Below are positions 37,207 to 49,563 of a stretch of DNA of 64,000 nucleotides, piece after piece. The translations under genes and the position numbers were made by a program. The stretch comes from Ylistrum balloti (lineage: Eukaryota). Location of the stretch: assembly GCF_031769215.1 (NCBI RefSeq), contig NW_026782015.1:434001-498000 (forward strand). The letters are read 5' to 3'. The first letter of the stretch is position 1; the number at the start of each line of letters is the position of its first letter. The notes beneath the pieces are model-generated. The model was not told where the DNA came from, did not search any database, and saw only the letters and a list, made by a program, of their open reading frames with translations.

Positions 37207-38075
37207 TATATATACTTTCCGCACCAAAAATTAGCAGAGTTGTGAAAAATCACCTTTTCAACAACTGACCAGAATCCGTGTAGATTATTGAAGGAAGTAA
37301 CTTTGCAAACCAGAAAAGTTCACATGACAACGGAAAGCTGACCTAGTAATGGACACCAAAAGTAAGAAATCATAGAACGAGCACTCTATAACCACTAACA
37401 GTCAATCTGTCGGACGAGACTTAAAATGGTGTCCTGTCTGATAACGACCAACTCGCTCGATAAAGGTGCCTGTGTGGTATACCGGTGAAGAGTGGACGTA
37501 TTAAGATATTTTAAGAGTTAGACAAGTTCGTATCACAAATATTTTCAAGAGATGAGGCGGACATCGAAACCAGAATCGTTACAAAATTCTCTCAAGTTGG
37601 TAAGTCGTGCAGTTTTAAGAGTTTTTCCACTTTGTTAATCTAATTTTCCTATCTTTGCTCGTCTGCTGAAAGGCCGATAGCTGTAATAGACGACGTTAAG
37701 CCCCTGAAGAGAATAAATAATTTCTCGCTTTGTAGAAAGTGGATTTTTTTTTTCATCAACAGACATTTAATGGCAGGCATACCGTACTGCTCATGTCGAC
37801 TCTCGTGACGGGGTTACTCCCCCTTTACGTGGTCTCATGACAGAGCTTCTGCCCGTGGGTGCAGATATCAGCCGACATTTCATGGCATACCGTGTATATT
37901 GTCTTCGGTGGAGTACATATGATAAAAAGACAACACTCTCGGACAATAAAATCAACATTTAAAATAAATTCAAAGCTTTATTTTTCACATGTGTAAATGA
38001 AAGGAAGTAGCATTTAAAAAAAAAAAAAAAAAGCGACATAATGAAAAAAATATCTACTGTCGAATGAGGATTATA

Positions 38076-39621
38076 CACTGTCGTGTACTCGCTAACGAAT
38101 GGTCTTTTCAAGATGGCGGAGGGAGAAGGACAAAAATGAAAGGTTTTTACTTTAAGCTACAAACATTCTAGTTTATAAATACAATCTGACCGTCACGTCA
38201 AACTCGGAAATACTTAAAATTTATATTTCGGAATTTGTTTGTTGCTATTCAATTCCAAAATAATTGTGAGCCCTTCGTAAAGTCGAGCGAACTGTTGTAT
38301 TCGGCATCGAGGAGGAATTCGCTGTGAGCTTTTGCTCATATATGAATGTTTAAATATTGTCACGTTTATCTTATTTGTCAGAGAATCACTTCAATTTCAA
38401 GTAATGTATTTTCTATGCTCATCGTCTTATACTATTTACAAAAGCGTGGGAAAATGATATTGTTCACGCTACGGACTGGTCCTCAGAAATACCTAGCAAC
38501 TTTCACAGAAGAATTTGCGGATTGGTTTTTTAAAGCTGCATTTCGATTATGGATTGGTTCCAATTAGAATATACTTGTACTGTTTCCACATTAGAAGTCA
38601 ACATCATAAATAATGTGGTTCGTGTTTTTTTTCCTTCCTTACAGATCCTGTTAAATGACATGATAGCTACCATTGCTATTATTGGTTGTCAACATCTTCT
38701 TCATGTTTGGAACAGACTTCTAGTATACGTTTGGGAAATAAATGTGACCCTCAGCTGACTGCCTTTTCAAAGTTTCACATGAGAGTGAATTTATTGAAGA
38801 ACTTATCAAAACAGGGTACAAAGACCTTGCAAAGTCGTTTAATTTCACTTTCAGTTATATTGATGACGTCTTGTCTTTAATTAACAAGAAATTCATTGAT
38901 CACGCCCATTCAAAGACACGATAAATTCTTCTTTGTCAGTCGCTTATATCGATCTTTTTCTACAACGAAGCCAACATGGACAGCTTTCCACGAAGTTGTA
39001 TGATAAACGTAATAATTTCAATTTCCCTATTGTGAATTTTCCATCTCTGGATATCATCATCCCTGCATCCCCAAGTTATGGTGTTAACATGCCGCAGGTG
39101 AATCGATATTCGAGTGTCTGCCCCTATTATCATGATGTCGTCAACGGACGGACAAACTCGTAACACAGAGTTTCTTTGTACGATATGAAGCTGGACGTGT
39201 TTGATGCTCGTTAGATTTATACGTTTTATACGAAGTTCTCATTTGAGAACTTGACATTTTTTACTTCAATTTAGCAAGGTTTACATGGCGGGGGTCGTCG
39301 ATGAAGTAGAAGACGCTTACTCTTTCGGAACACCTGGTGTTATTCTCCTTTTACAATGGAAATAAATATTAGATCGCTTAAATATTTCGATACGAGTTAA
39401 AAACTCCGAATTCCAACTTATGCCAAATTCAACAGTTCCCTCAACTTTGCGAAGTGCTCATAATCTATTACTGTAATGTAAATTTAGAGTGTTTCCGAGT
39501 TTGACGTGGACTTATCCTGGTTAGATTGTAATCATAAAGCAGTGATTTTGTAGCTTGCGTTTATGGTTGTCTTCATTCGCCATGTTTGAAAAGACCATTC
39601 CTTAACGGATATGCGACAGTG
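38076..39621. mobile_element. Non-autonomous CACTG-ended (CMC/EnSpm-like) DNA transposon with ~290-bp TIRs and ATA TSD
   Basis: ATA|CACTGTCG...CGACAGTG|ATA. The arms 38076-38360 and 39365-39621 align in inverted orientation, e.g. GAATGGTCTTTTCAA, CACGTCAAACTCGGAAA and GAACTGTTG.ATT.GGCAT. Confidence 0.8.
38600..39345 (+). mobile_element. Penelope-like retroelement reverse-transcriptase relic
   Basis: Degenerate LAKSFNFTFSYIDDVLSL, AYIDLFL, LSTKLYDKRNNFNFPIVNFP and IPASPSYGV match PLE RT C-terminal motifs. Contains frameshifts. Confidence 0.8.
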
Positions 39622-39779
39622 ATATGGTGAGGTATTAGTCACAGTTACACCTTAGATAAAACCTTCGGATCTCAAGGCCTCCCTATAAGACATATAGGGC
39701 ATATTTAGTAAAACATGTAGTGACCAGTTTCCCTTGATATCTAGTTATTCTGGGTAAAATGGAATATTATTTTTGTCTT

Positions 39780-40045
39780 TGTGACGAGTCACTACGACGA
39801 GCCTAACATGGGCCTAAGAGTTACTAAGGTGAGTCAATTTCGAACAAACGGATCACTAAGGTGTATCCATGACGGGACCAAAAGTCACTAAATTGAGTCT
39901 GACTGGCCCGAGAGTCACTATGGTACGTCTATGTCGGACCCATGCCTGCGATTTACTAAGGTGAGCTAAAAATGAGACTTGTCCATGAGTCGATGTTGCA
40001 GGTCTGTGCTGGCCAAAGAGTCACTATGGTGAGTCATGACGGATC
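39780..40045. repeat. Degenerate tandem repeat downstream of the PAN-EGF gene stop
   Basis: Recurrent GAGTCACTA(A/T)GGTGAGTC motif, about 7 times. Confidence 0.6.
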
Positions 40046-40047
40046 CA

Positions 40048-41327
40048 TTAATCGCTCGTCGTAGGACCTTCTCCCGATATCGTGTCTGGATCGCTGACTT
40101 CCGGATCAACGAGTGTATCAGTCTCATCCCTGTTTAGACTAACTGAACCTGTGGAAATTGCAAAATATTTAGGGCATTATACTTTGCGCTCTATGACAGC
40201 CAATCCAACTAATGAAAGCACATTCTAAGACGAGCATTCATTGTTATATTATAGTACCTCATTTAGAGGCAAAAATAGACTACAATGTTCAGGTTCTGGT
40301 AATATTTTATGGACAACAGTGATCACTTTTACGTATGGTCACTCCTATATACAACTCTACCTGCTATATATTGCATAGCCCTACCTGGGTGAACGCAGAC
40401 ACCAAGTCCTGAACTTGTTACCACACACTGGCCCCCACCAGAGCACCAGTTCGTAGAGCATGGATCACTTTGGGTCTGTTAAAAACGGATATGTAACAGA
40501 AAAAGCATCAATGCATTAAAAAAATAATATTTTACAAAATTAATGCGTGTCTGTTATAAATAAAATACTGATACTGCTTATTATTCCACTTTCAACTACA
40601 CAACAAATATGCTATTTGTTATTCTGTGAGATACCAGGGCCCGTATTCACGAAACCATTCTCATGCTCAAGCATTGATTTTGTGTCCTAACAAACGTTTT
40701 TATAATTCACCTAAATAATATGAAATAATACAAATGTCAAATTTAAACCTCGAATATAGCTTTGACTGGAAGTCCTTCCGAAATTGTTTTTAAATCTTCG
40801 GCAAAATAAGATTATTTATTAATTTTAATTTAAACAAGACGTAAGGGTGAGCACAAAATTCATGCTTGAGCATGGGAACGGTTTCGTGAATACGGGCCCA
40901 GATTCATACTCACAATTCTTTTATATTTCCTGACACTAGATGTCCTGCACATGTGCACGCGGGATGTCGTCACGTTGGATTTGCTGGTAATAAAGTTTTG
41001 AGGGGCTGATGCGAGGGAGGAGTTTTTGAGCCCTAGAGTACAGTTCAGTGTGGCAGTGTTGTAGGTGATCCGGCCGCAGTGTGCTCCATACCTCTTACAC
41101 CTACGGAGACACATCGACACACCGGCGACACTAAACACCTCAATGATCTGTGACGTCATCCTGACTCCTGAGTCAAACTGGACACCATTATACCACACAC
41201 TGGACACTACTAATACAGGTGGTTCCGGCTCATTTATCTGTGGTAGAACAGGGGGCATCATTACAACACTCCCCATAACGTAGATTACCAAGGAAATCCA
41301 CACAAGTACCAAGAAAACCACATACAT
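40048..41327 (-). CDS. Secreted PAN/Apple-domain plus EGF-like protein, 3 exons, ~201 aa
   Basis: Exon 41327-40914 has a hydrophobic leader MYVVFLVLVWISLVIYVMG, PAN-type MCLRRCKRYGAHCGRITYNTATLNCTLG and donor ATT|gtgagt. Exon 40475-40385 encodes TQSDPCSTNWCSGGGQCVVTSSGLGVCVHP (EGF-like). Exon 40148-40048 encodes an acidic tail to TAA. All phases are consistent. Confidence 0.7.
40638..40898. mobile_element. PIF/Harbinger-like MITE with ~50-bp TIRs and CAG TSD
   Basis: CAG|GGCCCGTATTCACGAAACCATTCTCATGCTCAAGCAT...ATGCTTGAGCATGGGAACGGTTTCGTGAATACGGGCC|CAG. Confidence 0.85.
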
Positions 41328-42849
41328 TTTAGGGAAAGAAGGCGAGAGAGGCAAACCATATGATAACATACGATGGTCTATAACTTGGAAATCTATACTG
41401 CGGGTAGATAGATCGACTTCTCTTGAGTATGTCGCGAGTGTATTCAATTAAATGCTATTGATATAAAATAAGAATAAATACAATGTGTAGCTCAAGAAGT
41501 AATAAGTAATGAGAACTATTGTGATCAGTGCAGCAACATGAATGTTCTCGCTATACACATCCGATATCAATACAGTTCTTGTTATTCTCAACGATTGGCT
41601 CTTTACAATTGGTATGCATGCAACATAATTCAGACATTGTAATCGATACTATAATCATTTCTAATTTGATGAAGACAAACTGAAAAATCAGTACACACAA
41701 TGAATTTGGAAGTTCTCAGCCTACGCCATTTGCGCCATGATCGTGCAAAGAAAATAAAAATGATATCAAACATTTCAGTTTTGACTGATGACATCACGAC
41801 GACTCACGTGACCTACGGTAATTGGACAAACTGTCACATACTCCTAATAAGGACAGTTTTGTGTGATATTTTTACAATCTGGTATGTACTTATAAGACTA
41901 ATGGGGAATATAGTGTTGTTTGAAATGTCATGAATACCAATGTAGGTATAGATAAAAAAAAAAAAAAGGAAATCATCTCAAAACAAGTGCTTAAGTCAAT
42001 CAAAAAGACGGAACCCGTGCATTTTCTATACCAAAGATCAAAGGGTCTGGCGTAGTAACTTTCATTCGCATGATTGAGAAAACTTAGCAAATATTCTCAT
42101 AAACGACATTACAAACGTAATCCTGTGTTTGGTTGGTACCGAATGGGGTATTACTCTTTCCTGTACGTAACATGAAGTTTTCTGAAGAAGGTATTACCCT
42201 TCGTTTACGTAACAGGAGGTTTTCTGAAGATGGTATTACCCTTCGTTTAAGTAACTTTGGGGTTTTCTGAATGAGGTTTCAACCGGAATCCTGTTAATAT
42301 ACACACTTTAGGTTTGCCCTCGTATACACCAGTCGCCAAGAGCACTTGCACTGCATGGCTTGTTAGCTGGTAAACAGGAGAGAGTGATAGTGGAATTTTA
42401 ACTTCGACATACTAACAGTATGAAATCCCTGGTTAGAAAAACCGCGTATTCTAGATGTCCCAATACATCAAAATGAGGTCTCGTTAAAAAAAAATTTCAA
42501 ATCGGCGCATGGATAGACTTTGTCAGTCGTTATTGAGTTACATCCCCAACAATTTTTGACATCTCCAAATCAATTAGCTTAGTTTCCTACGTGCGACACT
42601 GAGACAGAAGGAAACGCATAGATAATATACAGGTCGTCAAGCGTAGCGTTGTTTCCGGATAGACAATGTGCGGTAGCTCATGTTTCCAGGCGACCGTCTC
42701 GTGCTGTCGTGCTTGTGCAAAGACACTAATGTAGATACTATGACGAGTCACCAACGCTATAAAACGGTGTGGTGTAGTGTCACTTTCCTGTATTTCTTGT
42801 TTTCCCATTCTAGATGTGTTTTTCACGAAACTAAATGACAAGCCCAGGG

Positions 42850-43720
42850 CCAATCATCAAAATTTAACAGAATACTAGATTGGAAAGTGATTATCCTACT
42901 TTGCGTTGATGATCAATTTACAAGTTATTTTGAAGGCAGCTTTCCGACAAATATTTGCAATACGGATATCGAAATTCAAATTGTAATGGATCTTGACGTT
43001 GAGAAGTTTAACACTTTCTTCACACTATACCCAAGAATCTAAAATTATGATTTCATGTCGCTGTGAACCTTCAACCTATATAATATTTACTGGGTTGGTA
43101 TTCATATCGATGTTATTGAGTTAGATGATATTTATGGGTATCACCTTACAACATCGTTTTCAACATATGTTGACCCCCGTGCAGTCTTACAGTCAGCGTG
43201 TTTGTGTTATCATTAGTATCATACAAGGAAAATGTCATTGACAGAAATATTGAATAAAAGTGGGCCAGTATCTTGGAAACATTTCGGACTTGGCTGGCAT
43301 AATACTGGTGACTCTACAGTTATCTCAAATGTCAGTATTTGTATAAAGAGAAGACGTGAGCCAATTTAAAAGAATTTGGGAAATATTACTTACAAAATGG
43401 TGTCATGAAATACCAGCATGTGGATTTCTACTAGAAAGCCTTTGAAACAGTTCGGGGCACACTGTAATGAAAATCCCAATGTTAGGATTTCCGTGCAGGT
43501 TGTCGACTGAACATTGAGTTTCCAGATATGTCGGTAACTGATGAAGATTGTGATCTTATTTGGAAATATATCGATTTCTTGCTTAATGTGGTTGAACGTG
43601 TTAGATGCTGGCGGATATCTTCGATGAAGCATAAGACGCTTACCATTCCCGAACAATATGACATACTGTTGTTGTTTATTGGATGTCTCCGTTTAATTAT
43701 TCCTCTCATTAATATTTTGC
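42850..43720 (-). mobile_element. Decayed CR1/L2-type LINE reverse-transcriptase fragment
   Basis: Minus-strand translations GPLLFNISVNDIFL, SVKLLNVKIHYNLNFDIRIANICRKA and VLCFIEDIRQHL match LINE RT motifs. Many stops. Confidence 0.65.
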
Positions 43721-44698
43721 CCCAGTTCTATCAAACTGATTTTAGAATTAAGATCCTGTTGACATGTTGATATTCTCTATGTTGTTTCTCCAACAACGAG
43801 CAGCTTGATCATGAACGCTTCAAAGACATATATAGTCCAATTCAAGTGAACAATATATCAGGTGGTGGGACACGTGGGAGTCTATTATTTTCCAACTAGC
43901 TCGTATTCTGATGCGGATCCGAGTTTGACTAGTCTTTTCGAGGGATCACCTCTCATTTGTATATGGCACTGATTGGTCAGTTTATCACGTGGTTCGAGTT
44001 TCGTGTCCCTTCACATTTGTCTTCACTTTTCTTTAGAATGATGTGGAGACTCATTTTGATATCTTTAATATCCACCCAACCCACCTAATCAATTGTTTAA
44101 TTTTTTGTTTTGTTAAATCATGCAAACTATTCGCATGTCGCTTGTATTTGTTGCTACATGTGCTAATTACTGTTTTTATAAAATGAATGCGTGAACGGTC
44201 CATATATATATATATTATAGTGACAAGGGGTTAAAATGTAACTCCCGAGAAGGAAAAACTGAACTTTTTTTCATTTTTTTCATATTCTAGTGACCGCAGA
44301 TCTTGTAACATATATATTACATAGAAGAAAAATGCGTGTCTTCCCAAAGAATGTTTGGTGATCGAGATTGATCAAGTGTAAAACCAAACAATGACTTGAT
44401 GAATTCAGAAATATAGGTAGAAATGGCCAGGTAGACATTCGCCTGTCAAGTTGAAACACGCTTTGGTCTCTAATGGGTACCTCAATAACTATGAGGAACT
44501 CGCCAAACCTACGCTTGTGCACGTGGCGGATATACGAACAGTACCCACGACCTTGTCCACACGGCGTGTCCTTAATGTTGCCATATTCTCCTACGTTGTG
44601 GAATTTCCACGTCAGATTAAATATATATATATATATATATACATATATCACGGCCGTACGTGCGAATACCCATAATTCCACTTGTTGTCAATATATTA

Positions 44699-44771
44699 TG
44701 ACGTCACAAATAGCTGACGTCATATTCATTGTATCACGGTGATTTCCCCACACAACGCGGTGGACAAACTG
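44699..44771 (+). promoter_or_regulatory. Two perfect CRE palindromes next to a probable non-coding first exon
   Basis: TGACGTCA at 44699-44706 and 44715-44722; donor CTG|GTAAGA at 44771. Confidence 0.55.
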
Positions 44772-45092
44772 GTAAGATGTATTTCATTTTTCTGATTGTT
44801 GTTAATGTGAATTACTGCGAAGTATCTCTTAAATCTGGGTGAGAGTAGAGAGAGGAAGGGGGGAGGGAACATGTTATTGACGAATCATGTTTTTGTTGAG
44901 GTTTTTAAGTTCCACTGATAGCCCGAGTGGAATTTGGAACTACTGTTTACCCACAAAATGAAACATCAACTATGTTTTCTTGAAACCACGAAATCTGAGC
45001 TCCACGAAAATGTGCAAATAGTCATGCAATTAAATGAAGTTCCTCTATTTCAGATTTTTGGTTGTACGATCTGGTTATACTGCATTCACGTC

Positions 45093-46069
45093 ATGACTCA
45101 GCGACGCCACATTGTAGTAGATCCCTCTTCTATAGATCCAAAGGTATGTTGTCTTCACAATCATTATTGAACAATTTGCATAATATAGCAAAACGAAATG
45201 TTTGTGTTGTAAATTGGCTTGTTGATGGTTCCCGAACATTGAATGACATAGCGCAATGAGAAACGACAACAATAAATACATGTGTAAAGACATACATTTC
45301 ATTGTTGACAGAACTACTTCCTGTAGATTTTCACAATAAAACAACTACGTAATTTTGAAGGGAATCTACTCATAAATGAAAGCGTTAAATGATGTGTCGT
45401 ATCAAGGGGAATAAACGAAGCATTTCGTACATTTGAGTAAATTATTACATAGATAAAACTGCCTTGTGATGTAAGAAATCCTTAAATTATTCTTATTCGC
45501 AGGACCTTGCGGATGTGGCCAGTCTGGATGGTACAGAAGGGTGCCCAGCTCCACTGTTGGGAAGGTGTTTGTTGGGATGTTACTACTTTTTCAGACCTAG
45601 TAAACGACCCATTATTTATGAGATTGACCCAACATTATTCGTGGAGCCCGTTTGGACTGGCACTCATTCGACTGACTTTCAATCAGACGACGAAGTGGTA
45701 ATCGAAACATTAGTGGAATCTAGGCCATTGCGACTCATGTCTACGGTTTTATTCAGCACCATGGCACCATCTACTAGCTATCCAACGGCTGTGGTCGAGC
45801 TACCAGGTCAGTTACCCGACGAATCGAAATCCCCAGCTGAATTAATTTCGAGGCAGATGTTAGGATCACACAATCCGATTCATGACCATGTCAAAGGTTC
45901 CATACTAGCAAGATCAGAGAAAAGTGTGCAGGAATCCATGGAACTGTCCGACGTGGCGGCAGTCGACGGCGACATAGGTTATCAACCACCAGTTGAAAAG
46001 ACCCCGGATGTGTCCGTACATCGATACGAATGGTTCCGATCCACTCTCGGATGGACCAGCTCTGTGTAA
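45093..46069 (+). CDS. Uncharacterised protein, ~205 aa (2 coding exons)
   Basis: Exon 45054-45143 (tttcag|...AAG|gtatg; ATG at 45093) joins 45503-46069 (ttcgcag|GAC) in phase 0. The second exon is a 188-codon open, CpG-rich frame. No recognised domain. Confidence 0.55.
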
Positions 46070-48789
46070 CTTTTACGACAATGGTGATAAATAGCTACAT
46101 TCAGAATGAAATTTTAGAATCGTCTCGCGACTTTACCAATATTGTCCAATGTAATTTTATTTACTTAACCCACGATGCAACGGGTTGTTTGATAGCTTGA
46201 TCAAGTACGTGTACATTGCCAACAATCTTGTGTGTGTATTGTAAATGTTTAAGAATATGAATGTCAAATAACAGACCAGATGACCACTGACCGACCAGAT
46301 GATGTGGTCACCTGGTTAAATGTGAACGGTTGGTTATCATTTTTATCATGTACACAAACCGTGATGGCTATATCCCAATAAAATATTGATGATTGTTGAC
46401 TTCTTATTCTTATTTCTTAAATGAATAAAAGAGAAAATAGAGATTGTTTTGTAAAGAGGACAACTTATACAATTTTTGTCAACTTCAAAACACATCACAC
46501 AACAGACACGTTCCCGATTGAAAGATAGCAAACTGTCACTGAAAGACTTGGTTATAAGAAGATTTAACTATGTTGTCGTCGTAGTATCGCATTTAGTACA
46601 TTGTTGTTGCAACAACCAAGCAAATGGATTACATGAAAGAATTGATTTGTTGACAGATATCTTAATGAGATATAAAAGTTACGAGTTCAGTGAGATTTGC
46701 TCTCTACTATGTATTTGTATTTGATAAATATATTGACACAGTAGTAGTCTCGGAGTTTTCTTTGTTTTAACCGGATCCATGGGTGTCTTTATCATACCCC
46801 TCAAATCAGATGATTTTCCCGTACTGTAGTAATGTGTTATACCGTATAGGACATAGAGTTAGACGATGAGAAATTTGCCCACGAAAGAGATGGCTGTAGT
46901 TCATACCTGTCCAGGTAAACCACAGGGGTTCTCAGTTGGGGTTTTACTGGCGCGTCCTTCGAAATAACTGGTCATATGCATTCATATGATAAAATGTTAT
47001 GTTTTTATTTATCAGATATTATTGAACTGAATTGCAACACTCTGATATTTATAATTATCATTGAAGGTGGCTATGTTTGTTTGTGATTTTGAACATGGAT
47101 ATCTGTACAGCATGGATTCAACTTCGAAATAAGTCCGACATGCTATGTACCGTACTATTACGAACTAGTGTAACCTGTATGTAGGCTACAACAGATATTT
47201 ATATAACCATGGATGTACGAGTCTCAGAGTAAAATGGTACCTACTAAGTTTTAATTTGATAAGACCACTCATCCATGACTGGCCCCATTCTATCTACATG
47301 TATGGTTTCACATACCTACGACTCGATAAACGCATAGAGGACGTAACCCATGATATGCTGTAGAAATAGCTGCATACGCGTTTACTTCCTAAACATAAAT
47401 CGCCATGTTTTCTTTAATTCGGATACCAAAATCAGCCTAGGATTATAATTAGTAATTGTTAACTTTTTCCTTCTCGTGAGCTACACCCCTTGGAAATATA
47501 ATACATACATATGGACAGTGGGTCGGGAATGCATGCCAAATCCCTGTGCTTGCAAGAAAGAGCTTTGGTGATGTTTGATCTGAGGCGAAAGAACATTATA
47601 TTACTATGTTGTGTTAAATCATTAATAACGACACAAACATTATACCCGCTTTCTTGGTGATATATACGCGGGAGTATTTCATAGAAATTAAGAAAACAAT
47701 GTTATACGATCTAATGTTGACTTATAGCTTTGTATTTGAAAACAAACCGTGAAAATGAAATCATAACGTCATTTCTGCCCAGATTGAACGACGAAACCTT
47801 TTTTCTGTAAAACTAATGTGTAGGCATCTTTAACTTACTTCGTGGAAGGGAGGTCACTCTGGTAAGACCTAAAACTACATCCGGAAATCTGCTGATGACA
47901 CGGGCACTGCCAGATTTTCATGATGAACTGAGTGTAAAAGGAACGAATGCTCATAGATTTGTCATGGTATTGTATTTTAACTGTGTCACTTATAACGATG
48001 TATGAACATTGATTCACATGATCATGTGATAATGAAAACAATGGCGATTGGCCTCTCGATATTGGTGTAGTGTTGACAGTGTGTATTGTCATTATTCATT
48101 TGGTGACGATAAACAAACTCCATGCTAAATGAAACCACTTGAAAATTATACTTCTTTTATTAATATACAGAAATATGGTTCCCGTTTTCTCGTTAGAACT
48201 CCACTAGTATGCTGAATACACTTCGCACTAAAACGACGACGCTGCACGTGACCTTAGGTCAGCCTACTAAATTATATGGTCATTAGGACGAAGTCTAACT
48301 TGAAAACGAAAGGAAACATCATCCCACATATTAAGCTATAGCTAACCAATGTTGTGGGTTTCACAAAAAACTAATAATGATATAAGTGACATTTAATTGT
48401 CTAATTGTTATACACTAAAGTTGTTCGCTTTTCTTTAAACATTAGTATATTGGCAATCATATAGAGACAACTGTATGCTTGTCTAAAACCCTAAGAAGTA
48501 GACTGTTCAAGTCTCAGAGAGAACGGACAGAGAGCATTTTTCATTACAAATTCCTTCATATTTTAAGTTTTTTGTGTTTGATGAATGGGTAGATTTAGAT
48601 TTTTTTTGATTTTGAAATAACAGTAAACAAAAATAAATAAATAAAAACATAAGTACTGTGTACAAAAGCATATCTTGTTTTCTGTATCATGTTTTTTTTT
48701 CTCTCCTCCCACAAACAAAACAGATTAATTATCTCACCCTATGTTGTTAGACCACATCTTATATGTCTTTGTCTTTTGGTGTGTAACTC

Positions 48790-49320
48790 GGACCTTTGAT
48801 GTCTTACCTCTCTAATGTTGTCCTATAGTGTCTTACTCTGTAATACAGCATTTCACCCTGATGATGTTTTATCTTGTCCTATGATATCTTATCATGTCAT
48901 ATGGTGTCTAACCCTGTGCTATGGTGTCTTGCCCTGTCCTGTAGTGTCTTATCTTGTCCTATGGTGCATTGCTCTGTCCTGTAGTGTTTTACCTTGTCCC
49001 ATGGTATCTTACTTTGTCCTTCAGTGTCTAACCCTATTCCATGGTGTATATTCTGTCCTATGGTGTATTACCTTTTCATGTGGCATCTTACCTTGTCCTG
49101 TGGTGTTTATCCTTGTCCCATGGTGTCTTGCCCAGTCCTATGGTGTCTTGCCCAGTCCTATGGTGTTATACCTTGCCCTATGTTGTCTTACTTTGTCCTG
49201 TCATGGTGTCTAACCCTGTCTCATGGTGTCTTTATGTGTCTTGTGGTGTTTTATCTCGTCCTGTGGTATCTAACCTTGTACTATGGTGTCTAACCCTGTC
49301 CCATGGTGCTTTGTCCTGTC
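48790..49320. repeat. 20-bp minisatellite upstream of the first RABL6 coding exon
   Basis: Unit approximately ATGGTGTCTTACCTTGTCCT. Confidence 0.9.
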
Positions 49321-49563
49321 CTATGAAGCCTTGCACTAAAAAGGTCCCCTATAGAGAGACCTATATGTTGACGATGGTAAATACAAGTTATTCAGTAAGG
49401 CAATGAACTTGTCAATTTCTGTTTGTGTCAGGAGTAGTTTGGATTTTCAAATTTAACATCTTGTTGGAACAAATGTCATTTTTTACTTTTTGTTTTTTAC
49501 AGAAAATGTATTTAACACATCAGAAAATAGACAGATGGTGGTTGGCATAGAATCAATTTGAAG

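Noticed and set aside
38600-39360. Hammerhead ribozyme associated with the Penelope relic
   Set aside because: No CTGATGA...GAAA core with flanking stems found by eye. An Infernal search would settle it.
40860-40913. MITE-encoded C-terminus as the normal end of the PAN protein
   Set aside because: A consensus GTGAGT donor at 40913 splices in phase to an EGF-like exon, which is the better model.
44280-44742. Overlapping ORFs of 74-133 aa
   Set aside because: They cross a (TA)n microsatellite, have no recognisable domain, and lie in a probable promoter.
48815-49406. Cys/Val-rich ORFs
   Set aside because: Translations of the 20-bp minisatellite.
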